Counted from the stretch's first letter, positions 13,905 to 26,135 are shown. The stretch is 64,000 nt of DNA from Stegostoma tigrinum (GCF_030684315.1 NC_081364.1:17654343-17718342); one strand, 5' to 3'. Made by a program: numbers and translations. The notes: generated from the letters alone by a model not told the origin.

Positions 13905-15083
13905 ATTAGTGATGGAGACTCAATTGCTTACAATCAATGTGAAAAACTTGGATAAAGGGACCAAATGTGAAATTACAAAATTGCGGGAGACACAGAGATG
14001 GATGCAAGAAAAGTCATGCAGAGGGCACAAGGAGTTTGCAAACAGGGATATCGTTAAGTAAGGGGCAAAGTTTGGAAACTGCAATGTAACGTGAGAAGAT
14101 GTGAACTTGTCCACTGCAGCAATAAATATCTAAAAGCAGCATATTATTTGAATGCAGACACAGAAGAGCTCTGAGGGACAGAGTAATCAGTGTTCCGATA
14201 CATGAATTACAAAATGTTAGGATGCAAGTACAAATGATTAGAAAAACAAATGTAATGTTGTTTCTTGCAAGGCAAATAGAATATAACAGTAGGGAAGGTT
14301 TGTCACAGCTGCACAGAGCATTGGTCACAGCTACAGTGTAACAAGAGCTTGATAACTTAGAGCTCATTGGACTGGAAGCTTGTCACTGAATGGGTACAGT
14401 ACACGTCACAGTTAGTCTGCAATTGATTAAAGTGTCTAAGAATGCAGTGTGCTCAATTGAGATACGTTGTATTTTATTGCATTTTCCGTAATGACTAGTT
14501 TGAAATGTTCTGGAATGTACCTTTTACCACTCTAGTAACAATATATATTTTTGCAAAAGTGTTTTTTAAAAATTGGTTAGAGGATATCTGCGATACTGTG
14601 CATGGTTTTTAAGGAAGTGCGGAAAAGACTGGAAGTCTGAGGTACATCTTGACAGGACAGTTTGGACTGTATCCATCGAGGTTTGAAAGGTGATCTTATT
14701 TTGATAAAAAATACTACGAGACTTGACAGGATGGGTGTTGAAAGGATGCTTTCCTTGTGGGAGAGACTCGAGCTTGAGGTCATTTTAAAAATGTGGTGTC
14801 CCATTTAAAGGTAGTGATGTGGTGAATTTATTTCCCTCAAGAGGCCGATAGTCTACAGAATTGTCTTGCCGAGACGGGAGGACGGGATCATTGGATTTTT
14901 TTTTAAAAAGGTGGATTTTAAAGTCTTGACTGACAAAGGAGCCAAAGACTATGAGCAGCATGCTGGAAAGTAGAAGTCACAATCGAGATTAATATCTTTG
15001 AACAGGTTGGTAAGAAAGCATCTTCAATCCAACAAACCAGGATCTTATCGATTTACAGAGCAGGCTCAAGGGACCAAATGGCT
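13905..15083 (+). mobile_element. Old CR1-type LINE fragments
   Basis: Decayed RT motifs (NLDKGTKCEITK; W...Q..FN..KC) and CR1 3' end caggctcaagggaccaaatggc. Confidence 0.6.
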
Positions 15084-15178
15084 GAGATAACACGGTGTGA
15101 AGCTGGATGAACATAGCAGGCCAAGCAGCAGAGGAGCGGGAAAGCTGATGTTTCGGGCCGAGACCCTTCTTCAGAAAT
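15084..15178 (-). mobile_element. Short PLE fragment with hammerhead motif (15144-15174)
   Basis: rc CTGAAGA-A-GGGTC-TCG-GCCC-GAAACATC-AGC; tail homologous to the 24052 element. Confidence 0.72.
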
Positions 15179-16352
15179 CACATGCCTGATTCCATTTGCT
15201 CCCGATTCACATATCCCCCTCCGTCTCCGTTTCCCTGCCTCTCCGCTTCTCTATCCTTTTAAAAGATGATTGTTAAAACTTGTCCTAGACCTAGCTGTGG
15301 ATTTCAGATATCCCAGCCCCTCACTCTGTGGTTCTGCGTCGTTTTGTTTGACTGTTTCTGTGAAATGCCTTGGAATGTTTTGTCACACTAAAGGCGCAGT
15401 GCGTACCTGTTGCGGAATACCCGCCCCTGCCTGTATGCTACAACATTTCACATTTCAGTCCCTTCCTGAGCTAATCTCCAAGCCAACCTGAAGATATGGT
15501 GACGACTCCAAACAAAAAGGTGCAAGTTTCATATGGTTAGCAGCTTGTTGGATGAATGAGTTGGAAGAAGCAATATTGGTGGCAGACTAGCCCCAGGGAA
15601 TTCTGCTTAACCACTTACTTATTGAAGCTTTACTACAATGTAAATATGCTAATAACAAAAAAAAAATCACATTTCAGTGTTTGATCCATTTATTTGTCCC
15701 GACTTGCATGAATCTAACGTAACCTAATAAACCTCCTTTGTTCATATCTTACTCCACCCATCAGCAACTATAAAAAGAGCTGTCTCAGTAACAGAAGCTA
15801 ACTTTTCTCCAGAACCATTTGCCTTGAGGTTGTTAGTTTGAGCCCTTCAAACAAAGGGATAACACAGACTTGACTAGTGGCAGCATGCAGGTGTCATCTA
15901 ACATCGTATATTTGCGCAGCACCTGCATTGTGGTAATTCAAGGAAACCACACGGTTAGCCATTTGTTGGCAAACACTATTTTTCTCTGGAAGATATTTCA
16001 TTGATGAATAGGCTCCTTGATGATACATGAAAGCCACACTCCTGTTTTTTTCGCCCCCATCCTCAAGTTCAAACCATTTTCAGTCCAATTAAAAGGTTTC
16101 AGTAACCCAGTAGCCAGGCAAACAGAGACAGCAGCAACCACTCAAGTGGTTACCAAGGTGATCAGTACAATCCAAGAGAGAAAGCAGCAGTACAGATTAA
16201 ACAGCATCTTTATTATACACATCTGAGAATCTCAAAGGACCCATCCTAAGCAAACATGTCAGCAACAGAGCATCAAAAGCTAGAAACAGCCCTCCCTCAG
16301 TCCTTGTGTCAGAATGACTACTTTCCCAAACCAGCTGCAGCCTAGAAAAGCA

Positions 16353-16701
16353 GAGGCAATGGCCTAGTGATTTATCACTGGACAGTTAATCCAGACACCT
16401 TGTAATGTTCTAAGGACAGAGGTTCAAATCGTGCCAAAGCAGATGGTGGAATTTGAATCTAATTTCAAAAGAAAAAAAAATCTGGGATTGAGAATCTAAT
16501 GACCACAACACCATTGCTGATTGTAAGGAAAAAGCCACCTGGTGCACAAAATGTCCTTCAGGGAAGGAATCCTTCCCCGATCTGGCCTACATGTGACTCG
16601 AGACCCACAGCAACGTGGTTAGTTCTCAACTGGCCTCTGGGCAGTAAGGGATGCACAACAGATGCCTGCAATGCCCTCAACCCCTGAATGAATAAAAAAA
16701 A
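16353..16701 (+). mobile_element. tRNA-derived SINE, second family
   Basis: A-box-like tggcctagtg, B-box ggttcaaatc, conserved body ggcctacatgtgactc(c)agacccacagcaa, tail tgaatgaataaaa; sister copies at 18590-18950 and 39390-39727. Confidence 0.72.
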
Positions 16702-18589
16702 TTCTCCAACTCACACAGATGGGGCTCACTCAGTATTGGGCCACTCATGCTTGACAGTCGGTACAAACCTTTTGTGGCTGCGTGAATGGTTTATGCATAT
16801 CTGAATGCAGCAAGTGATATCAGAATGGAGCGGTGGAAATTTTGCTACTTCAGGCATCCAATAGTCAGAAACAGGTAGAGCCAGAAGAGGATTGCAGGAA
16901 TAGATGGCAAGTAAAGGTTCCTGCCCAAGGGATTAAGGAACATTATTTGACAATAAGTTATGGGGAGTGAATTTACACACCATCTCTACAGGCAATAAGC
17001 TGGAATGTGGAATGCCCACGAAGGAGGGAGGAATGTACTAACTTTCTCTTGTCACGCAGCACCATGAGTCACAACCTGAATTTATCCCAGCCCTGATATT
17101 GTTAATTGTAATCTTTCTCCAGATTAGGCTCAGAATGACAAAGTTCCACTAATGTTCTGTCATAAAATCAAAACATGATTTATCATTCAAACAAAACCAA
17201 TTCCAATTGTTCAACGCAAACAATGGGATACAAAATACATAAAGGTTTATCTTTCTGATAAACCAAAGCACATAAATACACAAATTCAGGGAAAGGGGAT
17301 AGAAAAAAAAATGTAGAGATTCACGTTGGAAAACACTGTCTGACCAAGAGTGTCCTCTTGCTTCAAGAATAGCCAATGTATAGAATATTCAAAAATCTGT
17401 TAAGCGAGTGCTCTTGAAATTACATCATGTGTGAGTGTCTCTGGGGTCTTGTTAGACACTGCTGCTCAGAAACAGTGGTCGAAAGAACTTTTCAAAGTTG
17501 TAATTCCTGAGCAAGCTATCAATCAGGTTTCACACGGAATTTGCCATAGAACAGCTTCAGCAACAGGAGACATTAGCCTGCAGAGAACCTGCCTAGCTTT
17601 CTAAAACTACTTCCAAAAAACTCCATGCCTACAAACACTGTTCAATGAAGCAAGCACAAAACTGAGGTTTTAAGGATGTCAAGAGTTTATCCCGAATTGA
17701 GTTTAGGCAGCCAAGACGATTTTTAAGAAGGGTTTAAGAGAGAAATGGTCCAAATACTGATATATGGGACAAGACTGAAATAGGATACTGGGTCGGCGGG
17801 GACAGATTAGACTGAAAGGTCTGTTTCCATGTTGTATATCTTTATGACTCTATGGCTCTATAACCCTTAAAAAAAAAGGTCAATGAGATGACCTTACAAA
17901 AGCAGCAAATAAGACACCTCCAAAATATTTCAAACTCCTCGAAGAAATTAAATATAAAAGGAGCTTCATAACATTGAACATGTTCACTGGCTGGTTAGCT
18001 TTTGAAAGCAAAGAACCAATAGATTAAATCAGAAGGCAGCTTCAAACAGGCCATTAGATACTTGGCTTACAATGTAAATAATGGAATTTTTTTAATAAAA
18101 TCTATTACAAATTGTTATCTTGTTATATTATTTGTAAATAATTATTTTGTGACTATCTGTGTGCTCTGGAGTCATATACTGAGTAAGCACCTTCTGCAGT
18201 GCAGGATTTGAATGTGGATCCCCAGACATTATCTGAGTCTCTGGATTGACGGTCCAAAAGATAAGTCTAGCAGACGGTTCAAAAGCCAGTCTAGCAGTTT
18301 ACCAGCCAATTAATGTGTGGTGGGAAATACATTCAGTGAAGCTCCAGCATTAAGTCTAAATTGTAATTTTGCTAACTTATGGATCACAAAAGATGGAACA
18401 AAAATGAAACCCATTGACAAAATAAAACCTCAAAAGGGCACTTTTGAAGATTTGATTCTTCCAGAAAAGGAAAAAATAATGTAGCAAAGAAATAGAGTCA
18501 AAGTGCATGCATTGTGCTAATCTGCCAGTAGCCTTGCTCTACAGATGGTTGCGTCAGTTGTCTTCAGTCACATGGTAATAGGGATTCAA

Positions 18590-18950
18590 CTTTTTTCCCT
18601 CCTTTATTCATTCACAGGATAAGGGTGTCACTGGCCAAGGAGCATTTATTGCCCATCCCTAATTGCCCTGGGGGCAGTTAAGCATCAACCAATTGCTGTG
18701 GGTCTGGAGTCACATGTAGGCCAGGCAAGGCAGGCAGCTTCCTTCCCTAAAAAAGGCATTAGTGAACAAGATGGGTTGTTCCAACAATCGACAATGGATT
18801 CAGGTCATCATTAGACTCTTAATTCCAGATATTTTTATTGAATTCAAAACTCTACCTTCTGCAGTGGCAGGATTTGAATGTGGATCCCCAGACACTGAGT
18901 CTCTGGATTGACGGTCCAAAAGATAATACCTCTAGGCCATTGCCTCCCCA
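18590..18950 (-). mobile_element. tRNA-derived SINE, second family
   Basis: Reverse-complement homology to 16353-16701 over its length. Confidence 0.72.
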
Positions 18951-19924
18951 TGTGATTTCCTCCTCTGCCTGGAGCAATTAGCCTTGACTGTCAAATTTTT
19001 ATTGCATTTACCCTGAACAAGTGGACTTTCAAGTAACCCTTGCAAGTTCGGTATAAATTGGGACACATACGTGATTTGACCATAGGCAATAGGCTTTTCC
19101 TTATCCTTTGTACTTGCTTCCAACCACCAGACGCTGACAAATGGATAAGGCTACTTCCAGGGATATCAAGGGGCCAAAAGAAATATCACTCATATTGTAA
19201 ATACCCAACTGACCTGACACGGTGCTGCTCAGAATTCCTTGACCCACACCACCTTTCCAGAGGGAATGACAAGCAGCTCAGACAAAGACAGGTTAAGAAC
19301 AGCTGTGAGGGCACATTCTCAACAAGGCTTATCTTGTCAAATTTTTCCTGAAGTACCAAAAACCTGTTCTAAGAAATCTTTCAATAATCTCAAGGGGATA
19401 TTGGAAACCAGGCCAGCTCCCTGTTCAATGGGCTTTTTTTTGGAATTATTTCTCAATACAAGATTAATGAATCAATGAGATTTATGTTTACACTGCAGTG
19501 AATATAAACACGATAGCTATTATTTCATATTCCTGTTGTCCATCTGTAAAAGACTTGAACACTGTATTTGCTGTAAACACCAATCTTTGCAACGTGCTGT
19601 CACAATGTTTTTAACATTAAAACTTAATGTTTTCTGCTCTCCTTGCCCAGGCCTCCTCTTCAGCACTTTATCTTGCTATGTGCCAGTCTTAACGAAGGCC
19701 CATTTTTGTTTCAAGACAAAAAAAGTGTGACTTTGGGTTTGCCGCAGGCCAACAGGCATTGGAGGGCACTGGCAGAACACCATACACCATAGCAGCTTGA
19801 GAGCAACACTGACAGCGACACTAAATGTAGCCTCCTCGCCCGCCATTTTCTCCTAGCCATAAAAACACCATTGCTGGTTTGTCATGTTGCTGGACTGTTC
19901 TGGCCTTCCCAGCAAAACAAAACA

Positions 19925-20255
19925 GAGTGGTTAGCACTGCTGCCTCACAACACCAAGGACCCAGATTTGATTCCACTATCAGGTGACTGTCTGTGTGGAG
20001 TTTGCACATCCTCTCCATGTCTCTGTGGGATTCTTCCAGGTGCTCCCATTTCCTCCCACAGTCCAAAAGGTGTGTAGGTTAGGCCAACTGGCCATTTTAA
20101 ATTGCCTATGTAGTGTCCAGGAATACACAGGCGAGGTAGGTTAGACATGGGTAACAAGGACAGGGTTGGGAATGGGTCTGGGTGGGGTGCTCTTCAGAGG
20201 GTCAGTATGGTTTTGATGGTCGAATGGCCTACTTCCACACTGTAGGAATTCTAAT
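19925..20255 (+). mobile_element. HE1-like SINE
   Basis: agtggttagcactgctgcctcaca...gactgtctgtgtggagtttgcac...ccacactgtaggaattcta. Confidence 0.78.
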
Positions 20256-20784
20256 GATCACAGCAAGAAACCTGAAGAACTGACATAAAAACTGAATTAT
20301 TTGCACTTCTTGTTGCTTAAGGTAGGCTGAGCAAAACAGAATGCATGACACCAGTAAATTAAGTGCTCAGAGATTTCTTTCCCCCCTGTGGCCTGAACAA
20401 CATCCATCTCCAACACAGCCAAAAATAATTTAACTGATTAGTTAAAGTCAACATTGTTTACTGCTTCAGTCAGAGGAGCTGGAACGTATTCACATGACAG
20501 CAATGGAACATACCCTTGCACAAAGCGTCACTTCACACTGACGGGGAGCTGGGAACTTTTACCAACCTGTCAATTCTTGGAGGGTGAGTGGATGGCACGT
20601 CTACCCTGGCTGGTGAGTCTAGGACCAGGAGACAATCTCAGTACAAGGGGTAGGTCATTCAAACTGAGGTGAAGAGGAATTTCTTCAGAGGATGTTGAAC
20701 ATAGGGAGTTCTGTTTCCTAAGAGAGAGTGCTGTGAAAGTTCATTTGCTGAGCAGGTTCAAGACCAAAATTAATATGCTTCAGG

Positions 20785-20866
20785 AAGAGCAAATTACTCC
20801 AGATGCTGGAATCTGTGCTGGAGATACAAAAATGTTAGAAATCACAGTAGGTCAGGCAGCATCCAT

Positions 20867-20911
<45 letters not shown>

Positions 20912-21050
20912 AGAGAGAGAGCGCACGTTAGCGTCCAGCTGACTCTTCATCACCAGCTCTGATGAAGAGTCTTCTAGATTTGAATTGTGAACTTGCTGTC
21001 TCTCCATGGATGCTGTCTAACCTGCTGTGATTTCCAGTATTTTGTGTGTT
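20785..21050. mobile_element. Miniature inverted PLE-derived element inside a CR1 3' fragment (~20590-21165); contains (GA)n at 20870-20921
   Basis: Opposed tails (agatgctgg...cagcatcc / ggatgctg...tttccagt), back-to-back degenerate hammerheads at 20925-20995, possible short TSD TTCAGG. Confidence 0.62.
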
Positions 21051-22239
21051 TTCAGGTTCCTGGATATTAATGACAAAGAATTTGGAGATCGTACGGGAGA
21101 GTCGCATTGAGGTAGATGATCAGCTGTAATTTAATTGAACAGGTTCAATGGCCCATTCCTGTTCCTTTTCCAGGAAATCTGCACTAATAAATAACTAGGA
21201 AGTGCCCCAGTACAGTCCTAGCAGGGTCATCATGAAGAGGCTCAGAAGACTGTATGGCAGATCTTGCACCAGCAAGATTCCTGGCCAGGGTCTTAGATGC
21301 CAGTCTCTCCAGAGGCTGTGCAATGCCACCTGGACCAAGAAGAGGTTGCACAATGTGTCAGGTAGCATAACCTGAGTATGGACAGGTTGTGCCTGGGTCT
21401 AAATACTCCCAAAAGCTGCTACAATTCTCATACCATCTTAATGTCAACATTGACTGAGGTGCTCCACAGGCAAATGCAGACCCAAGGCAATGATAACAGG
21501 GAACCAAAAGCTCAGCCAGAAGGTTGGGTTACAAGGAAAGTGATAAAAAGGAGGAATGGAGAGAGAGCAAGGTGGGAAAAGTTAACAGAATTACAAAAGG
21601 AAAAAAGGGAAGAAGAGAGAGAGTTCAAGATGGGCTTGGAGTAGCTTGGAGTGAGAACCTAAGATTTAAATGCAGGGTTAAGAATTTAAAATTTTAGATG
21701 TTAAGGGACTCAAGCCTATCCAGATTAAAAAAAGTACTGTTTTAAAATATATTTGTCAAAGGGTGTGGGAATCACTGTGGCCAACATTTTTAGACCATCA
21801 CTGACTGACTTTGAGAAGTGGGTCGTAAGCCATCTTCTTTGGGAACCACTTCAGTCCATGGTCTATGGATACATCCACAGCAGCCCTCAGGGAGAGTGTA
21901 TTCCAGGATTGTTGATTTATTCCTCCATGAAACACAGCTGTCACTGGCAAAGGCAGTATTGCCTTTGGACTGAGTGACTTACTAGGCCTTTTCAGAAGGT
22001 TGTGAGGAGTTAAGTAAATTGCAGTGACGTGGAGATACATGTAGGCCAGACTGGGTCAGGATGGTATATTTGCATCCCTAAAAACCTATATATTTCACTA
22101 ATATCCTTTTTACCACAAATCAGCGACAGCCTTCTGGTCTCCATTATTGACACTAACTCTTAATTCTGGACTTTATTTATTGACTTTTAAACCCATCAAC
22201 AACCTTGATGGGATTTGAAACAAATAACTAGGAGGGGAA

Positions 22240-23090
22240 TTTGCAGACACTTAGTCTTGCCTTTGTTACCTCCAGACTTGATTATGCTGATGCACTCCTG
22301 GTGGACTTCCCAACTTCATAAATTTGTGGCCACCCAACCTATGCTGCTCGCGTCCCCACTCTCACCAAATATCTTTCGTCCATTTGCTACCCTTGTCCTT
22401 CTAGCTAGTAAAGGTCATGGCGGCAAGGTGAAGCTGAAGGAGCTTTAGCCAATATGGCGCAGGCACAGAATTTTGGACAAGTTGGCAAACCATGCCTCCT
22501 CACTCTTTACGGAATTGATCACCACCTCCTCCTCCAGTGATCCCACACTGCTTTCCTGCATACCCAGTTCAACTATAATCCAAATCGCTGTTCAAGAACA
22601 GTCAGTAGATGCTCTTCCTGCTCCTACACCCTTATTCTGTTGTCCCTTAAGAATCTGTCCTTCACCTGCACTGTTGTATTTAATTGCTGTATCCTTGGTG
22701 GCATCATTCAAGTTTGTACATTTACTGAAGGCAGCCTAATGGACCTTACCACTAACCCACGTGAGCCCTCCACACAATTGTTGAACTATTCTGATATCCA
22801 GAAACCTCCTCCCTGATTCAACTAATTGCCTTCATTTCCTGCCACAAACTCTGCTCCCTCGCCACTGATTCCATCCCTCTCCATTTCAAATGCTCAAGAC
22901 CGTTCGCAGCCTCCATGTGTTGGTGGTGATGGTGGCAGCGGCGATGACGATGCCACGTACCGACACCAGTGCTAAGCTGCCCATTTCCACATCCTCGCAC
23001 TGTCCCACCTTGCCCTACCTCAGCTCTTCTGCCACTGAAACACTCAGGTCTTGCCTTTGCTAGTTCCACGCTTGACTATTCTAATGGACG
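22240..23090 (+). mobile_element. L2-type LINE fragments
   Basis: gcctttgttacctccagacttgattatgctgatgcactcctg (AFVTSRLDYADALL) and a second copy of this motif near 23053-23085. Confidence 0.6.
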
Positions 23091-24112
23091 TATGGCTAGG
23101 GGTGGGTCTGGGTGGGACACGCTTCAGAGGTTCAGCATGGACTTGATGGTCTAAATGGCCTGCTGCCACACTGAAGGGATTCTATGATACTTGCTCACCA
23201 TTTGTGACCATGCTTTCAGCTGCTTAGACCCAAAGAACAAAAATTCCCTCTCTAACCTTCTCCATTTTACCTTCCTCTCTTAAGGCACTCTAATCTAATA
23301 CCTACCTCTTTAAACGAAGCTTTTGATCATTTTCCCTATTATCTGCTTTTGCAGTTCAGTATCACTTTCAGTTTTATAATACCTCGGTGAACAACTTTTG
23401 GGACATTTCATTGCTACATAAATATAAACTGTTGCTATTTTTGGAGTTCAAGAGTATACACATAATCCTACATTATCAACAGTAAAGCCAGAAAAACATC
23501 GAAATAATCTAGAATTTGAGAGTGACAATGGTTGCTTTTGCTATGTACCTATTTTCTAGTAAAACAGAAGTAAAGATTGATTCTGTCCTCGAAGTTAACC
23601 ATCACCAAACGTGAACTCAAAGTGTCTGCAAACTAAGCCATTAGGCAGAGGTGACAACTTGTATCTAAATAGCACCTTAGACATCATAAACTACTGCATC
23701 TGGGACATTTCACAATCAAAAGGATTCTTCTCTCAAAGTTTCAGAAAGGGAAAAGTAGCAGGCAAATTGGTAAGTTAAAAAAAAAATCACTTCCTCACAA
23801 ATTAATCTAATTCATACCCCATCAAAAACAACACCATGTTCACCCCTAAATGAGATGGATAATTATCAATGGCACAATGGGTTATGAGGATAGTGTGGAT
23901 GAAAGATATTAAAATGTGTTTGATTAGCCACACTGATTAAATGAAGTAGACTCAACAGGCTGAATGGTCTATACCTGTATCTAGTTTCCTGGGATTTCAG
24001 ATCATCATGAAGTCACCTCATGTGTTGACGACCCAGTTCAATTTCACTAGTATAATAAAATGTGAGGCTGGATGAACACAGCAGGCCAAGCAGCATCTCA
24101 GGAGCACAAAAG

Positions 24113-24144
24113 CTGACGTTTCGGGCCTAGACCCTTCATCAGAG
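24113..24144 (-). ncRNA. Minimal type-I hammerhead ribozyme motif
   Basis: rc ct-CTGATGA-A-GGGT-CTAG-GCCC-GAAAC-GTC-ag. Intact catalytic core; only ~2 bp of adjacent stem I. Confidence 0.65.
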
Positions 24145-25280
24145 AGGGGGATGGGGGGAGGGAACTGGAATAAATAGGGAGAGAGGGGGAGGCGGACCGA
24201 AGATGGAGAGTAAAGAAGATAGGTGGAGAGGGAGGGAGGGGATAGGTCAGTCCAGGGAAGACGGACAGGTCAAGGAGGTGGGATGAGGTTAGTAGGTAGC
24301 TGGGGGTGCGGCTTGGGGTGGGAGGAAGGGATGGGTGAGAGGAAGAACCGGTTAGGGAGGCAGAGACAGGTTGGACTGGTTTTGGGATGCAGTGGGTGGG
24401 GGGGAAGAGCTGGGCTGGTTGTGTGGTGCAGTGGGGGGAGGGGATGAACTGGGCTGGTTTAGGGATGCAGTGGGGGAAGGGGAGATTTTGAAACTGGTGA
24501 AGTCCACATTGATACCATATGGCTGCAGGGTTCCCAGGCGGAATATGAGTTGCTGTTCCTGCAACCTTCGGGTGGCATCATTGTGGCAGTGCAGGAGGCC
24601 CATGATGGACATGTCATCAAGAGAATGGGAGGGGGAGTGGAAATGGTTTGCGACTGGGAGGTGCAGTTGTTTGTTGCGAACTGAGCGCAGGTGTTCTGCA
24701 AAGCGTTCTTGCAGAACACCTCCGCTCAGTTCGCAACAAACAACTGCACCTCCCAGTCGCAAACCATTTCCACTCCCCCTCCCATTCTCTTGATGACATG
24801 TCCATCATGGGCCTCCTGCACTGCCACAATGATGCCACCCGAAGGTTGCAGGAACAGCAACTCATATTCCGCCTGGGAACCCTGCAGCCATATGGTATCA
24901 ATGTGGACTTCACCAGTTTCAAAATCTCCCCTTCCCCCACTGCATCCCTAAACCAGCCCAGTTCATCCCCTCCCCCCACTGCACCACACAACCAGCCCAG
25001 CTCTTCCCCCCCACCCACTGCATCCCAAAACCAGTCCAACCTGTCTCTGCCTCCCTAACCGGTTCTTCCTCTCACCCATCCCTTCCTCCCACCCCAAGCC
25101 GCACCCCCAGCTACCTACTAACCTCATCCCACCTCCTTGACCTGTCCGTCTTCCCTGGACTGACCTATCCCCTCCCTACCTCCCCACCTACACCCTCTCC
25201 ACCTATCTTCTTTACTCTCCATCTTCGGTCCGCCTCCCCCTCTCTCCCTATTTATTCCAGTTCCCTCCCCCCATCCCCAT

Positions 25281-25312
25281 CTCTGATGAAGGGTCTAGGC
25301 CCGAAACGTCAG
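25281..25312 (+). ncRNA. Minimal type-I hammerhead ribozyme motif
   Basis: ct-CTGATGA-A-GGGT-CTAG-GCCC-GAAAC-GTC-ag. Confidence 0.65.
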
Positions 25313-25572
25313 CTTTTGTGCTCCTGAGATGCTGCTTGGCCTGCTGTGTTCATCCAGCCTCACATTTTATTATCTTGGAATCTCCAGCATCTGCAGTTCC
25401 CATTATCTCTCAATTTCACTAGTGACTGTTTTAAGCTGAAAAGTGGAAGATCTTTACAAACTCTAGATTACCTCTGTTATGGATTAGAAGTCCATAAGGC
25501 TGGTGAATGAAACAATCCCACACATCCACCACCCCCACTCTTATTCCAAGAGAGAAAGGAGACCTTCCTTAC

Positions 25573-25657
25573 CATTTGTCTCTTCCAGATTTCCGTACAG
25601 GTGCATCAGCCCTGCACTGCCGGCTTCGTCATTAGTCCTGTCCTCGGAGACACAGAC
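25573..25657 (-). other. Candidate non-coding 5'UTR exon of PLXNB1 (85 nt)
   Basis: Strong acceptor ttctctctctttttgtcactttgactacag and donor ATG|GTAAGG; unique, relatively GC/CpG-rich interior. No transcript evidence. Confidence 0.55.
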
Positions 25658-26064
25658 CTGTAGTCAAAGTGACAAAAAGAGAGAGAACATTGAAGTGGGG
25701 TTCTGGTTAATACAGAGGAACTAATTTCTCCGTCAGTTGCTGGCTGACATATTAGGCTTTTTTCCAATTATGGAAAGAACAAATTTGAAATCAGACAAGT
25801 CCCTTTCCCATAGCCAATGAAATATCCTGCTACTTATCACATTGAGTTACACAATGAAGATAGCAATATTATAACAATTAGCCTTGATCTCATTGAATGT
25901 TGCAGCTGATAAGTGATATTTGTCATCAGCCCCTCCTGCTCTGATTTTCTGCATAATAATAATGAACCCCAGTCCAAATTCCTTTCCATACTGAAGCCTC
26001 TGCGCTGGGTCAACTGGCAGGAAAGGAGGGAGAAACCAAGAAACCAAATTCTTTCTAGATTTGC

Positions 26065-26135
26065 TGAAACAATTTTGCTTTCTCTCCATGATGCTGCCTG
26101 ACGTGCTGTGATCTCCAGCATTTTTTGCTCTTAGT
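26065..26135 (+). mobile_element. PLE tail fragment
   Basis: tctctccatgatgctgcctgacgtgctgtgatctccagcattttttg matches the tail at 20998-21045. Confidence 0.55.

Larger units (their letters stand above)
24052..25409. mobile_element. Young Penelope-like insertion forming a near-perfect fold-back (arms 24052-24701 and 24709-25373)
   Basis: Mirror-image ORFs on both strands encode a GIY-YIG C-terminus (AEHLRSVRNKQLHLPVANHF...EQQLIFRLGTLQPYGIN). Perfect 14-bp TSD TCAATTTCACTAGT at 24038-24051 and 25410-25423. Confidence 0.93.

Noticed and set aside
24372-24490. CRISPR-like periodic repeats
   Set aside because: Three imperfect contiguous ~39-nt tandem units with no unique spacers, inside a eukaryotic retroelement.
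24371-25039. Twin 140-aa ORFs MDWFWDAVGG... (also 45268-45651)
   Set aside because: Antisense frames of the PLE endonuclease region, duplicated by the palindrome; no recognisable domain.
24052-25409. DNA transposon/MITE or Foldback interpretation of the long inverted repeat
   Set aside because: The arms encode a PLE GIY-YIG fragment, the ends are asymmetric by 36 nt, and TSD length varies between copies (10-15 bp), as expected for retrotransposition.
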